From: Takakia lepidozioides | Lineage: Eukaryota > Plantae > Bryophyta | DNA: 64,000 nt | NCBI GenBank assembly: GCA_030704615.1 | Contig: CM060734.1 | Location: 34,410,001-34,474,000, forward strand | Direction of reading: 5' to 3' | Shown here: positions 26,501-39,645 of the stretch, in pieces | How positions within the stretch are numbered: the stretch's first letter is position 1 | Layout: each line of letters begins with the position of its first letter | Notes under the pieces: generated by a model | The model's database searches: none | What the model was told of the DNA's origin: nothing | The model's input: only the letters and a program-made list of their open reading frames with translations | Made by a program: the position numbers and the translations under genes

Positions 26501-29500
26501 GTAGTTTTTTCCTACTTTTCAGGCAAGAGATTCTGCAAGCAAACTATTTTGGTATTGTTGTGTCAAGGGTTGCTTTGATCAGCAACTTACGTGTTTGTCT
26601 TCTGAAAATCTTTGTCTGTGCTCATTAGTTCTGTTTGTATATTGACAGTTCCAACTTGATGGAAGATCAGTGTTCTCTCTTTGATTTAAGATTGTACCAG
26701 CTGTTTACTGGTGGATATGCAGTTCCAACACCTTGGCTGGGCTTTCTCCTCTTTTTCACTTCCTCTTTAGTCTGTTGCACACCAGGAGTGATTGTGTTGC
26801 CAAAAGTGATTTACCCCAGTGAACCCTAGAAAGATCCTTTACAGACCAAATCCGTGACCTCGGCTGGGCTTTTCTGCCCCTCTTCATCATTTGCTCGTAA
26901 GTCAGTCACACACTTTGAATTGTTGTATTGCCAAAAGTGATGTACCCAAGTGAACTCTGTTTACAGGCCAAATCCGTGGAGATCCATACACAGAGTCCAA
27001 GAATGATGAAAGTGAACAGGATGGTACAAAACCAGCAGAAGATGCTGTTTTCACTCCAAATGGACTGGAGAACAGTAAACGTAACAGGTTGGAAAGTCCA
27101 GAAACTACTTTAAAAAAGTGCTCCAGCGATGGGGAGACAGTACCGATGGAGATTGATGTGATTCCAAATCTGGCATGTAATGCCACTGACATGTCAGGTT
27201 TCTCTGGAGTTTCATGGGAGATAACTGCTTGGAAAATGCTTCATGGGGGGGAGATCAGGGAAGAGGGGATTGGGCTTGCAGATGTAGCTGAGGATGTGAA
27301 AACTAATCAAGGGATATCCCTTATTAACAAAAAGATGGCTTGCAAAGATGAGGAACTGGAGGAGAGTCAGGAATCAGAAGACGACAAGGAAGGAGAGATA
27401 GATGACCTGGCAACACTTGACCAGGTGTTTGCTCGCATCAGAACCTCTGGGTTACCTTGTAATCAGGCGGAGAAGTGTTGCAAGAGAGGAGATTTTCTGT
27501 TCTCCCAACCACTTCCTGCTGTGGCAAAAGATGAGCTTGATGAGTTCAATAGTGCGGAAGTTTTACATAACCTACACAAATGTGAGCCACCAGTTGAGGG
27601 CTTTGCGGTCCTAAAGGCTTCAACACACTTGGAGAATGAGAGGGGTTTGAACGTTCAAAGAGAATCGTCCAAACGAGTAGTTATTGTTGGGGCTGGGCCT
27701 GCTGGGCTAGCTGCTGCAAGGCATATGCAACGAATGAACTTCCAGGTCACAGTGCTAGAGGCTCGCGATCGTGTTGGGGGTCGTGTGTATACTGACCGAT
27801 CAACTTTTTCAGTTCCGGTTGATTTGGGGGCCAGCATCATCACAGGTGTGTATGGGCTCCTCCCTTTTCCTCACTTCCTGACTCATTTATGGGTGGCTTT
27901 CTTAGAAGATATTTGTCCTTCTTCTCATAGCTGTCATGAGTTAATCAGGCCTTCCTCAGAGCAAGCGCTGAAAGCACGTTCTGGCCCTCCTGGAAGTCTC
28001 TGCAGGGAAGACCTTTAAGGAGATGCTTTTGTGTCTCAAAGGGCGGATTATAGAGGGATGCACTGGAGAAAGAGAGAGGGGTTTAAGACAAGTGTATCTT
28101 TGAATTACCAGGGGTGGAGGCTGATGTGGCGACTGAAAGGAGACCTGATCCATCTGCCCTACTGTGCAAGCAACTCGGATTGGAGCTCACAACACTACGG
28201 GGGGACTGCCCTCTCTATGACTCTGTTACAGGGCAGAAGGTTCCAGCGGATATAGATGCTGCACTAGAGGCTGAACACAACAGCTTGTTGGATGATACTG
28301 TTACACTGGTGGCTCAGAACGGGGATGCTGCAATGCGCATGTCTCTTGGTGAAGGCTTAGAGCAGGCTTTGAAGAGACGGCGAGCTAATCTGTTTGCCCG
28401 GACAGTGCGGTCTTCCCATGTATGTGGGGAAACTTTTTCATCGATCAATACCAAAAGTGCCAATGTAAGCCCGTCTGTCAAGCTTGCATCACTTGTGGCC
28501 CTTATGGTTGAGGATGACAGTAAGGCTAATGGATTGGCAAACGATCTCAGTAGTGCAACCTTTATAGCAAGCAATTTATCAGTGAATTCATCTGTCACTC
28601 AGGTGGGAAGTAAGAATCAGTACAGCAATGTGTTGACAAGTTCGGCTAACTCTCAGCTGGTACTTGGAGAAGGAGAACCGACAGCAAGCTCTTTGCTAGA
28701 TACGGGGCTTGCTATCCCAGGGGGTTCACTGGGGTCCATCTCCTTGAGCAGCAGCAGCCAGTTGAGTGGATGTGATGACTCTCTGAAAAATGAGCAGCAG
28801 TATTTGAGTCAATTAGAGCGTCGGATTATGGACTGGCATTTCGCTAACTTGGAGTATGGATGCGCAGCTGTATTGAATGAGGTCTCACTCCCCTACTGGA
28901 ACCAAGATGATGTATATGGAGGGTTTGGTGGACCACATTGCATGATCAAGGAAGGCTATGGCACTGCTATGGATGCCCTGGGAGAGGGTCTGGATGTGCG
29001 CCTGGGCCAAACAGTTACAGACATTGCCTACTCCGTGACGGAGGGTAAGGTGAAAGAAGAAATAAGGCGTGAAGTGAGAGTGGAAACGGCCAAGGGTGAT
29101 GAGTTTATCTGTGACGCGGTGCTAGTGACGGTATCTCTGGGTTGCCTGAAGGCAGCGACAATTCAGTTTGAACCCCCGCTTCCTGAGTGGAAGCTTGCCT
29201 CTATCAAGCGCCTAGGATTTGGTGTCCTGAACAAAGTTGTAATGGAATTTTCTGTTCCATTCTGGGATGAAACAGTAGACTACTTTGGGGCTGCAGCAGA
29301 GACCACAGAATTGCGTGGTCGTTGTTTCATGTTCTGGAATTTGAAGCGAAGTAGTGGTGCTCCCATTTTAGTGGCGTTAGTTGTAGGCAAAGCAGCTTTT
29401 GAAGGTGAGAAACAAGAGAGTTCAGAGCTAGTGGGGCATGCACTCAGCATTCTGCGGAAGCTGTTTGGGGAAGGGGCAGTCCCAGAGCCTTCTGCATGTG

Positions 29501-32500
29501 TTGTGACCAATTGGGGTAGTGATATGTACAGCCGAGGGGCCTACTCCTATGTAGCATTGGGGGCATCTGGGGAGGATTATGATATCCTCTCTCGACCTGT
29601 GGACAACTGTGTCTTTTTTGCTGGCGAGGCCACTTGCAAGGAGCACCCGGACACAGTTGGGGGTGCTATGATGAGTGGCCTTCGGGAGGCTGTCAGAATT
29701 GTTGATATTTTGGAGAATCGCGGTGACACCACTGCTGAAGCCGAGGCTATGGCGGTTGCTCAGCGGCAGTCAGACAGTGAGAGGAACGAGGTGCGAGTCA
29801 TACACATGAACACACCTCCCTCTCCAGGCTTCCCTGTTTCTCTCTCTGACTCTTTCATGCACTCCAATAACTACAAGGTCTTGGTTTCCACATCTGATGG
29901 CACTAGATAGGGACTGATGAAGGCTAAGTTTGGTTCAAAGGGTCTTTGCAATGCATTTGGATTATGCCTGGAACATGGAAATTTCTGCAGTCATTTCTTA
30001 CGAGGAACCTCTGCCATCTCAGGCCAAATTGCAGTATGAGGAACATGCTTTTAGGTCTAACCAGCTCCTACAGGTGAGAGATATGGTGAAGAGGCTATCA
30101 GCGGCTGAGCTCTCAATCGTTTTGAGGGGAGATGGAGCCATGATGGACGGCGAAGAAGGGCCCCTCAGCCGTTCAGACTTGCTAAAGGATATGTTTGGCA
30201 ATGCCAAAACGACAGCAGGACGCCTGTTGCTAGTGAAAGAGATGCTTCATCTGCCAGTTGCATCTCTCAAGTCATTTGCGGGTACGAAGGCGGGTCTTAC
30301 AGTTCTAAATAGCTGGATCCTGGTGCGTTTCCCCCGAATCAAATGTAGGAGGATTTGTTTTTGGCATTAGCAGCATTCCAAAGCTAGGGCTCAAGCTTAG
30401 TCCCACTTGCATATTGGTATGTAAGGGTTGGCTTGTTCTGACCAAATTTGTGTTAGATTTTGCACTACACTGAAGATTTGTATGATGAGTACAACCCACA
30501 GAAACTTGAATACTGCCTACAAGGAGACCAACTCCCATTAAACTTTCATCAAAGTAGTTTCGCACTTCACAGAGTTATGAAGTAATAGTGTGGATGCATT
30601 CTCTCTTGAATGATGCATTTTTGTGCTAGTGGGATGACGTTGGTTTGTCTTTATAAGTGGGTCAACTTATGTCCACAGACCCTGTCCTTCATCAGAAAGG
30701 AGTGATTCAAGATATGTCTGGGCCAACCGCATGTTCAGGACATATGTGGGGTTTTGGGGGAGTAAAGCTTCAAGTCCTTATTCTTGCAGGACTCAATGGG
30801 GAAGGATGGTACCCAGCTTCTTCGTCATTGCGTACGCCTTCTCCAATTTGTGGCTACCGACCTTCTTTCCATTCGGCAATCTGGTCCGTTTTGGTTGCCC
30901 TTGAGTTTGCCTTTCCCGTCTTTCAACATTGCAAGTCAGCTTGACTCTCTCCTGGCCTGTGTCTGACATGTAAGATGTCAAGCTCTAGTAAATTTCTTCA
31001 TGCACTTTGAATTTAAGGACATGCTCCGCTGCTTGTGAAGGCCTCAATGTGACGAGTGCTGTGGGTGTGGCAGGTGTTGGCCGTACTGTGAAGGAAAAGG
31101 TGTGGGTTCACACTAGCCGCGACATTCGTGCAGTTGCTGGCCGGTTGGTCGAACTTTGGATTGAGGTCTTTCGCAGAGAGAAATCTACACGTGGCATTTT
31201 CAAACCTGCAAAAAAACCTGCAGGCGGCTCACCAAGTGCTGTGGCTGGTGGTTACAAGGGGAAGGTAAGAGAAGTTCATAAGTGCACAGTGACAGCTGGG
31301 AAGCAGCTTTCTTCACTTGACGCTCCTACTGGCAATTTGAAGGGCTGGCCTTCTACGCAGTCACCATCTCCAAGTCGTTACTCCCGGTCTGCTGGTCAGA
31401 GCAAGGTAGTGACTTGAAAGTGCCGTGAAAGTGTATTTAGTCACCCCTTTGTGTAAGGGAAAATAGTTAGACCCACTGTTGATTCCAACTGGAGCCCTCC
31501 ACCTGTAAATGCTCTTTCCAGGAACTTCGTCAGTAGTTCTTCAAAAGTGCACCTGCAGGTAGTAGAGTGTGACTGTATTAGATGTTGCATGGATCTCTAT
31601 CTTTTACCAACATCCTGTTGTCTGCAAAACCATGGTGGGTGTTGAAGGTTAGAGGCTGGCTGTGCGACCAATTTTACTGTTAGACTCATCACATCATAGC
31701 AACTTATTTAAGTATATCTTCAAGTGACCTAATCTAGGAGGCAATCTAGTTTCATCTGTAGATGTGATTAGTGTATGATTGATGGTGGTGGCTTGTCGTG
31801 GCTGTTGGTGATGCCATGTCATATGGAACTCAAGAAGAATGTCGCAGGGTGAGCACTTTACTTTTCCTTGGCCTTATGTTTTTGTGTCTTCATTAGTTTT
31901 GCAGAAATTACAATCTAGTTATTTGATCTTGCTGTGTATTTGCAGGCATTGACTGGTGAGGAACCTGCGGGTGACACCCTGCTGCAAAACAATAGCCTCA
32001 ATTCAGAGGCTGGGGTGGAATCTCCTGCAGAGAGAGTAATGTCGGCATTGGAGGTTGCTGCTCTTGTAGCGGCTGAAGCAGCACAAGCAGCTGCAATTGC
32101 TGCTGCCGAGGTTTGTTACCAAAACCTGCTGCTTATTTCCATTCCATTAGGTGGCTCTCAAAAATAATAGAACGATCTCTTGGGGCATGTCTGATGTGTT
32201 AAACTTGCATTTCACAGGCTTATGCCAATGGTGAGGCAGAGCGAAATGCTCTACCAGTATTGCCCGAAATTTTGTCATTTTACAACTTTGCAAATCGAGA
32301 TAAGGACGAAGTGGTGGAATGGAAGAGGACGAGATCAATCTCAGCTCCAGAGAGGCCTGTGCACCCCCCTTCAACAAGTGTACATCAGTTGCCATTGAAT
32401 AGTGAGTAATACAGTTAATAGAATGTAGATAGAGGTGTGCTATGTTAAGGCCAGCACATATGAGATTTGTCCTCATTTCTTTTATCATGGTATGCTAAAA

Positions 32501-35500
32501 CTTGCTATCTTGAGTTACTGCAAGATATCAACCTCCCTGTGCCAGGTGGGTGCTGTAGGCCATGAAGTTTGAGTTCAGCCCACACTGTGTCATAAGCCTT
32601 TTTGACATCCAAGAAAAAGACAGAAGTGGGTTTCCCTTCTTTTTTCCTTCCCTGGATAATCTGGCTTAGAGTGAAGGTATGATCCACACAGCCCCTGTTC
32701 CACCGAAAGCCAGGCTGGCCTTCATGGAAACAACCTCTAGACTCCAGATCAACCTCGAGACGAGTACCAAATTTGCCGCGTTAGTAGGCCTGCCTTGGAG
32801 TATGCATCTGCAGTGTGGGTTGATAACTCCATCCAGGCTAAATCTCTAGAATCCATTCAAGTGGGGGTGCTCACGGAGTGCATGTCAGCATGCTCCAAAA
32901 CAGCTAATGTGGCTGTTTGGGGTGAGTTTGGCATCCCTCCCTTAAGCTCCCGACGAGATGAATTCAAGGGCAGATGGTGGGGCCAGCTGCATATGACTAA
33001 TATCAGATATCCTAAGTAAATCGACGCTATGTCTTGAAAGCAGGATCACCCTGTCAAACAGGCTAAGTCCTGGCGGAAGAGGGTAGAAGAGATTCTCAAG
33101 GATCTGAATCTAAGTCCGCAAGTCTTGACCCTCTGGATAAATCTGACTTGCTGTAGTGTCCAAAGCCATGTCTGTTGCCAGGAAATTGTTTCATGAAAAT
33201 GAAGTTAGGCAGAAAATCCCTGAACTTGTTTCCAGTCTGTGACATGGGGGAGGCCATCATGGATGACCTCAAGGGGTTTAGACTGAAATTTAAACTCAGG
33301 GCGAGAGCCTACCTTTGAACAGCAAACAGATGCAGAGGGAAAAGGGGGATTGCAAATGCCCATTGTGGGCAACCTGAAGACAACATTCATTTTCTGATTC
33401 ATTGTCCAGGGTACTCTCACCAGAGAGACGCCCTCTTCAAATCCATCAAGGGGTTTGTGCCTGTACCTCTGTTTACCAATTTTGAAAATCTTGAGGCTGA
33501 GCCAAAAGCCCAAGCCCTTTTGGGGCCTAGTTATTGGGCAACTCACACACAGCAGATTGATGCTTGTATGAAGGGATTTCTAGAGGATATCTGGAAAACT
33601 CAGATCAATTGTCGGTTCCAAGGTAAGTCATACTACAACCGTCAGCCCCTGACAAAGGTAGTTTCTGTCCCTTTGTGTTCCGCTCAAACTGGGCGTGGGT
33701 TCAATGGCCACAAGTCTTATGAGTACATTCTCTGTCATTATCTGAATATTAGTCCTGATGAATTGACCTACTGGATGAAGCTGACCTGGAGGGGGGTGTG
33801 TCCAAAGCCACGTCTGATGCCCAAAGACTGTCCGATGAAAATGAAGTTAGGCATAAAACTTCCCTGAACTTGTTTCCAGTCTGTGACATTGGCAAGGACC
33901 TTAAGGATGATCTCAAGCCCTTGGCACTAGACTGAAGTTTAAACTCAGGGTGGGAAGTCTACCTTGAGCAATAAGCAGATGCAGAGAGGAAGAGGAGATT
34001 GTAACTGCCCGATGTGCGGGCAACCTGTAGACACTCTCCATTTTCTGATACATTATCCGGGATATTCTCACCAGAAGTGACTCTCTTCAGGACAATCAAG
34101 AACATTCTCTTGGCACCTATGCTCACCAACTTTCAAAATCTTGAGGCTGAGCCTAAAACCCTGGCCCTGTTGGGGTCTCACTTTTGGGCTGCTCACACAC
34201 AGCAGATTGATGCTTGTGTGAAGGGCTTGCTAGAGGATATCTGGAAAGCCTGAACTATTTGTTTGTATCAAGGTAAGTCATAGTACCGGAGGGAGCCCCT
34301 CGCAAAGGTAGTTTCCTTTTGTTCCGCCCAAACTGGGTGCGGGGTCTACGTCGAACACAGTCTTTGAGTACATCTCTCTCTCTCTCTCTCGCTCAGCAAC
34401 TGTCTTATGAGTACATTCTTTCTTTCTGTCTCTCTTTCAACTCTCTCTCTCTCTCCAACTGATAAATGTGGACTATGTCCTCAGAGTATCTGATAATGCC
34501 TGTTTGTGTGACATGGTTCAATATCACATCTCTGTCCCTTATTTTTCATGCTGGCTCATTGCAGGGGTTGATGATGGAGCCCTTGTACGAACCAGCAGTT
34601 GCTCCATCGACTTGACTGCTTGCTGCATTGGCAGCCCAGACCGTGCCCTCTTTATAAAACCAACTAGGGGGTTAGAGACTGCGAGCACCTCTCCTGCTGG
34701 TCATCGCATAGAGCTTGCAAATAGGGTCCAGTTGGATGGTGCAGAGATGGCCTCTTCTCAGCTGCATGAAGAGTCTGTGGAGGCAGCTGGTGGGAGTTTT
34801 AGTGAAATCAGGGCAGGTGATGGAATAGGAAACAATAACTGCAGTTTGCTAAAGAGGGATGTATCAATGTCTCATACAGAGGTCTTGAATACACGAGTAA
34901 GTTTAGGGTCAATCATAGAACCGTGGGATGGAAATCAGCACATACCTCTTGAGACTGGATGCCAGATAAAGACCCAATTGAGTCAAGGGGTTGGGACCAG
35001 TAGGGATGAGAGAAAACCTCAGGAGCGGATCAAAAGGGCTGTGTCTGACTATGTGGCTCAGTTGCTCACTCCCCTGTACAAGACGAGAAAGCTACAGAAG
35101 GACGACTTTAAAGCTATTTTGAAGAAAACCACTGCTAAGGTGAGCAATAGTTTTGTTTTCATCTGTCTGACTTGGTAAGTCGCTCGCGTGAAATTGGTGT
35201 TATCCTGAAGTTCGTTTTTCTTTACCAAGCATGATGATACATCAATGATGCAATAAAGTTTTCACCCCGAACAAGGCTCACCTTTGGGGTATTATGTCTT
35301 TCTGTCATTATCACTCTCTTTTGATCTTTACATTCTGTGTCCAAGGCTTTGTCCCAACAAAACTTTGTCGTGGCAAACTAAGTCTAATGAGGACATCCTT
35401 GGTATCCAAGTTTGCTTGGGCTGCAGCGACACGTGGGTAAGAAAGTGACCATGGTAATGGTTAGAACTGGTTGCTGGTATTGGTTACAGCGTTGGGTTCA

Positions 35501-35787
35501 CATAGGGAAAATGTGGCTATGCTGGGTCGTGATCACAGGTCATGGAGCGCAGTACTGCGAGGGATCATGCATTGGAAATGTGCGAGTTCCTCAACTGTAG
35601 ACGGAAAAATAAGGTAGGCCTATCAGCTCTTTCTGATGTAGTCGCTGGATTGTAGCTACTTGTTGGCAACTCTGTGACATGCACATACTGTGCTTTGACT
35701 AGGATCCTCAAACTAATGTTGGCCTCTGTGGGACCGCAGATACGGTCCTTGGTTGATATTTTTATTGAGAAATACATGAAAGGTTAG
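23507..35787 (+). pseudogene. LDL3: LDL3-like copy B (tandem paralog); +1 frameshift in exon 1, so either a probable pseudogene, an N-truncated gene or a homopolymer error
   Basis: Same exon series as copy A, ending in exon 35740-35787. Exon 1 has TCGAATTTTGTCG versus TCGAATTTGTCG in copy A (~23630-23640), splitting ORFs 23504-23719 and 23625-24488. The amine oxidase exon (~28110-29790) is intact. Confidence 0.7.
32580..34420 (+). mobile_element. Cluster of LINE fragments in an LDL3-B intron: one 5'-inverted copy, a second 3' fragment and a tiny tail fragment
   Basis: 32580-32770 on the minus strand encodes RLEVDLESRGCFHEGQPGFRWNRGCVDHTFTLSQII...FLDVKKAYDTVW. 32775-33730 (+) is the 3' half. 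33760-34375 (+) ends gagtacatctctctctc. 34395-34420 is another ...cttatgagtacattct end. Confidence 0.85.
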
Positions 35788-37424
35788 TCTCATTAGCAGC
35801 TTTCTCCAGCCGGGTACCCACGAGGGTCCCTTGAAGCTCGGATCTTCAAGCAGGGGACGTTGACCACAAGTCCTGGGCAGTATGTTTGCCTTCCCATTTT
35901 TAAGCCGGATATGTGGTCTAAGGAGCTTTTGTCTTTGATTGTTCACACCCTTGTACACCTGTGTGAAATGTTTTGTCTTCTTTCGATTAGTTTGTTCCCT
36001 CCCAGGAAAGCAACTTGCAGAATGTCTGACGGTATCGATTGATTGGTGATGGGGATGCCATACTTTCTTGCAACGAAGCTGTTCACTCTCTCTACAGGGT
36101 CTGGTTTGAAACTATCATCTATTTGTACTGTTACGGTGGGGAAAGATCATGCAACCATACTGGCCATTGAAATCAACGGTCAAGTGCTTTTCTGTCTTGG
36201 TACTAGGTCAATCCTTCACAGTTGTGGCGGAGCACGAGTATTTGCAACTGCACTCTCATTTTCATCCAAGGATAGAAAATGCTTCAAAATGTAATCTTAA
36301 GATGATTCCAGATGTTAAATTGGTGAAATTTTGTTCACTTCCCATTCAAAGGCTCGGATCTTTTGGTTGCCAAAGAATATTTTGTAAGACAAAAACGTCA
36401 CAAGAGAGAGACATAGTCAAATGTACATGAAGCTGAAATATTAGAGGAAAGTTGACAAAGGGCTTGCAAGGTTGGTGCTTACTGCTCACTTACTGCAGGT
36501 TTTGTAGGTTTGTAGGTTGTTGTTCGACTTTGTTGATAGATAGTTAAGAGAGCATTAGATGTACACATTGAACAGTCCCTGGAGATGCTAACAAACGTTG
36601 TGAGTCAATATCGAATACCTATATGGTGAGATTACTGGCATTCAACAGTCCTGATCCTCATACAGGTATGGGACTTCAGCAGTATGAAATGAAAATGCTT
36701 GAGTTGGAATCTGGTAGATTGCACTCGGGTGTTTTGGTTGTCCGTGGCTTGTTCGACAAAAGCTATTTAATGTAGGTATATTGAGAAGCTGGATACTAAG
36801 TTCGCATATGTGGAATTCCAGAGTACCATTTGATGCAACTTGTGGGTTTCTGTTCATGCCACGGCAAGTGCAACACCTCCGCATGTTCAAAATGATATTG
36901 TACGCTGACTAGCAAAGTATGTGCTAGGCTATCTCTCTGAGCTACTCCATCTAATTGAGTAGACACTGGCCAGATTATACTCGTGGTATTATGTGGTAAG
37001 CCACGAGCCCACAAAAGTTATCTGAACAGGGGAAAATTCCTCTAGATGTGTCGTCACCATGAAACTTGCAGTGAAAATGAGTGATTCGCTACCACTGCCA
37101 CACACAGGCAATCTCCTGCTTGGTAATGCAACCATCAAAAATTCTTTGTACTTTGCCACCCAGAGTTGTCCTACAGTTTTGTAGCACCGTTGCCTCAAAA
37201 GCCCGTCCCAATTCTCAAGCGTCAGGGATGCCTGTGGCACTTCATCCCTGATCATTCCAATTGCTAGCAGAGTTGCCGAGTAGAGTAGTGTAGAGGGATT
37301 GCAAGCCCTCTCATTCTATCCCACCCACCCTCAGAGAGAGAGGACCCACCCTGAGGGAGAGAGGACCACCCACCATCAGTTCAGTGCTGGCCTGTTTGGA
37401 GCCCTGCCGTGCGCTTTGTTGCTT

Positions 37425-37980
37425 GTGGATGGATGAGCCGATTGGGATGAGTAGACGCGTTCATTCATTCACTCATTCGTTATCGGCAAGAAAATCCTTG
37501 AGATAAGGCGTGTGACTGGATGGATGACTCACTATCCTGCCAACGCGTCATCCGTCCCATCGTGGAGGATTCTCATCCTGCCACCATGTCGGCACTAGTA
37601 TAGGATGACGCAGCTAACCACAGGGGTAGACGCCACCCGTGATGGATGAACGTGCGTCGGATGTGGTTGGCAGTTGACGGTATCAAAACCGAGGGCCACT
37701 TCAAGAAATGGCGGTAACTGAAATACAAGTCAGTTAGGATGACGCACCCCATCCGCCTGGATGAACATGGACCCTTTCGTTGCACTGCGGATGTGGACAC
37801 CATACAGAGCCATGCCTGCGCCGGCGGCGACCACGATGAATGGCGACGAATAAGGGCTATCGTGGATGAACGCCTGGCCACACACGCTGCACCTAAGCAC
37901 GAGCCGCCACGTGGCCGATGGGCACCCAATGCCGTTATATCGTCCGTGACCGGCGTCTGCCGGTCAGTGCGCTGACCGGG
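37425..37980. repeat. GC-rich region with dispersed GGATG/CATCC motifs, probably transposon-derived
   Basis: Many TGGATGA/GGATGAC and CATCC motifs in both orientations; no recognisable protein. Confidence 0.3.
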
Positions 37981-38629
37981 CTGGGGTAGTTGCTAACCAT
38001 GGTTACCGGGAGAATGATTGGAAATCAGCAACTGTGAGTCCCGGGGGTGGGACGGGACAGGCGAGCAGGATCATAAAGCGGGCTGTCGCATGCGCTGTCG
38101 TCCCGAATCTAGGGTGGCGGACACTTTTATGATTTATCATTTGCGGACCTTTCGTGTTGACTCTGTCACGTTGGACTCCGGGGAAATTATCCTTGCCAGT
38201 TATTAGTCAGTAGCCTAACTTTAGGTCATCTCGCCTAGTTGGCTTTCTATTTTAGGTTGTCCGAATCGAGAGGAGCCACGTGGGAGTGGGCATGAGGCCC
38301 TGTTACTGTCCTTTTGAGCCCTAGTTCTCTTTTGTAATAGAGAAAGTAATTTGCGTAGCCTTTCTTTTGACTACAAAACACAAAACCAAAAAAAGAAAAA
38401 CAGAAAAAGCATAAAAAGAAAAAGACATCTTTTATTGCACACTCCCAAAAATGCTTTCTACTATATGCCCACCCACTCCCTATATGTACTGCAGTGCAGG
38501 GCCCGCGTGGCAGCTTGTAAGTGGAACAGGTGGGCCCGTAAATGTTGAAAAGGCAAGTGTTGGGTAATGCCATGTACTTGATTTTTCCATTATTCCTACT
38601 CTAAGAAAAAAAAAAAAAACTTCCTCTGG

Positions 38630-39173
38630 CAAGGGCCTGGATTGTGGGCTGTCGCTCCCAGGTTTCCTTTTATAAAAACAAACAAGAAAAATAACAATTG
38701 CTACATGTTTTGTTTTTGAAATTTGGAAAATAACAGGAGTGGCTACTGAGTTTTGCAAGAAATAGCCATATTTTTCTGTTCACCCACTGAAATTTGGATA
38801 GAATCATCCTCCTATGTACTTTCATCCATGTATGTCATCCATATTTGGCAAATTCATCCATAATTTAGGTTTTATTTGGAGAAGTTTGGCGATTTCATCC
38901 ATGAGAAAACAAGGAATTTACGACCCATTTTAATTTTTGAGGTCAAAATATTGCGGAAAGTCGCCAGAAATAAAAACACATTTGTTTTCAAAAAATGTTT
39001 TTTTTTTTTTTAAACGCCTTGATTGGGGCCAAGTTCAAAATATTGAACGAAAACAAATAATATTCCATAAATAATAATATTATTATTTGTTTTCGTGAAA
39101 AAATAATATTGATAATAAATTGAAGAACTCTCAAGGGCCTGAATTGTGGGCTGTCGCTCCCAGGTTTCCTTTT
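38630..39173. repeat. 42-bp direct repeats bracketing an AT-rich segment (probable transposon remnant)
   Basis: CAAGGGCCTG(G/A)ATTGTGGGCTGTCGCTCCCAGGTTTCCTTTT at 38630-38671 and 39132-39173; TTCATCCAT repeats between them. Confidence 0.6.
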
Positions 39174-39645
39174 TGAAAAAAATAAAAAATAAAAAATGAA
39201 GAAGGTGGTGTACTGGTGTACTGGTGTACTGGTGTACTCATACAGATCTACTTTATGCAGAGTGACGACCGGGGACCGGAGGTGATACCGGTAGAGCGAC
39301 CGGCTCCTCCGGTGGAGCGGCCGGTAGAATATGGGAACTGACACGTTCCGGCCACGTAACTGGATTCCTGGTCGTATCCACGTTCATGGAATGGGAAGGG
39401 TCGGATGAGGGTGAGCACGAATCTGGGCCGTGGGAATGGAAAGGTGAGATACATGAGCAAAAGAGGGGGGTGGTAACCCGGGGAGCAGTGGCTGACCCGA
39501 GGGGTGGGGGAGGACGAACGAGGATGAAACAGTTACGTGACCTAACGAGCAGAGCAACAGAAGCGAGGGCGCGGGAGCGAGGAGAGAGGAGAGAGAAAGG
39601 GAGAGAGTGAAGGTGGAGGTGGTGGAGGGAATTGAAGGAGGTGCG

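Noticed and set aside
36640-37260. Minus-strand ORFs (e.g. 36989-37255) as a gene
   Set aside because: Could be a decayed coding remnant, but no family was recognisable and the frames are broken.
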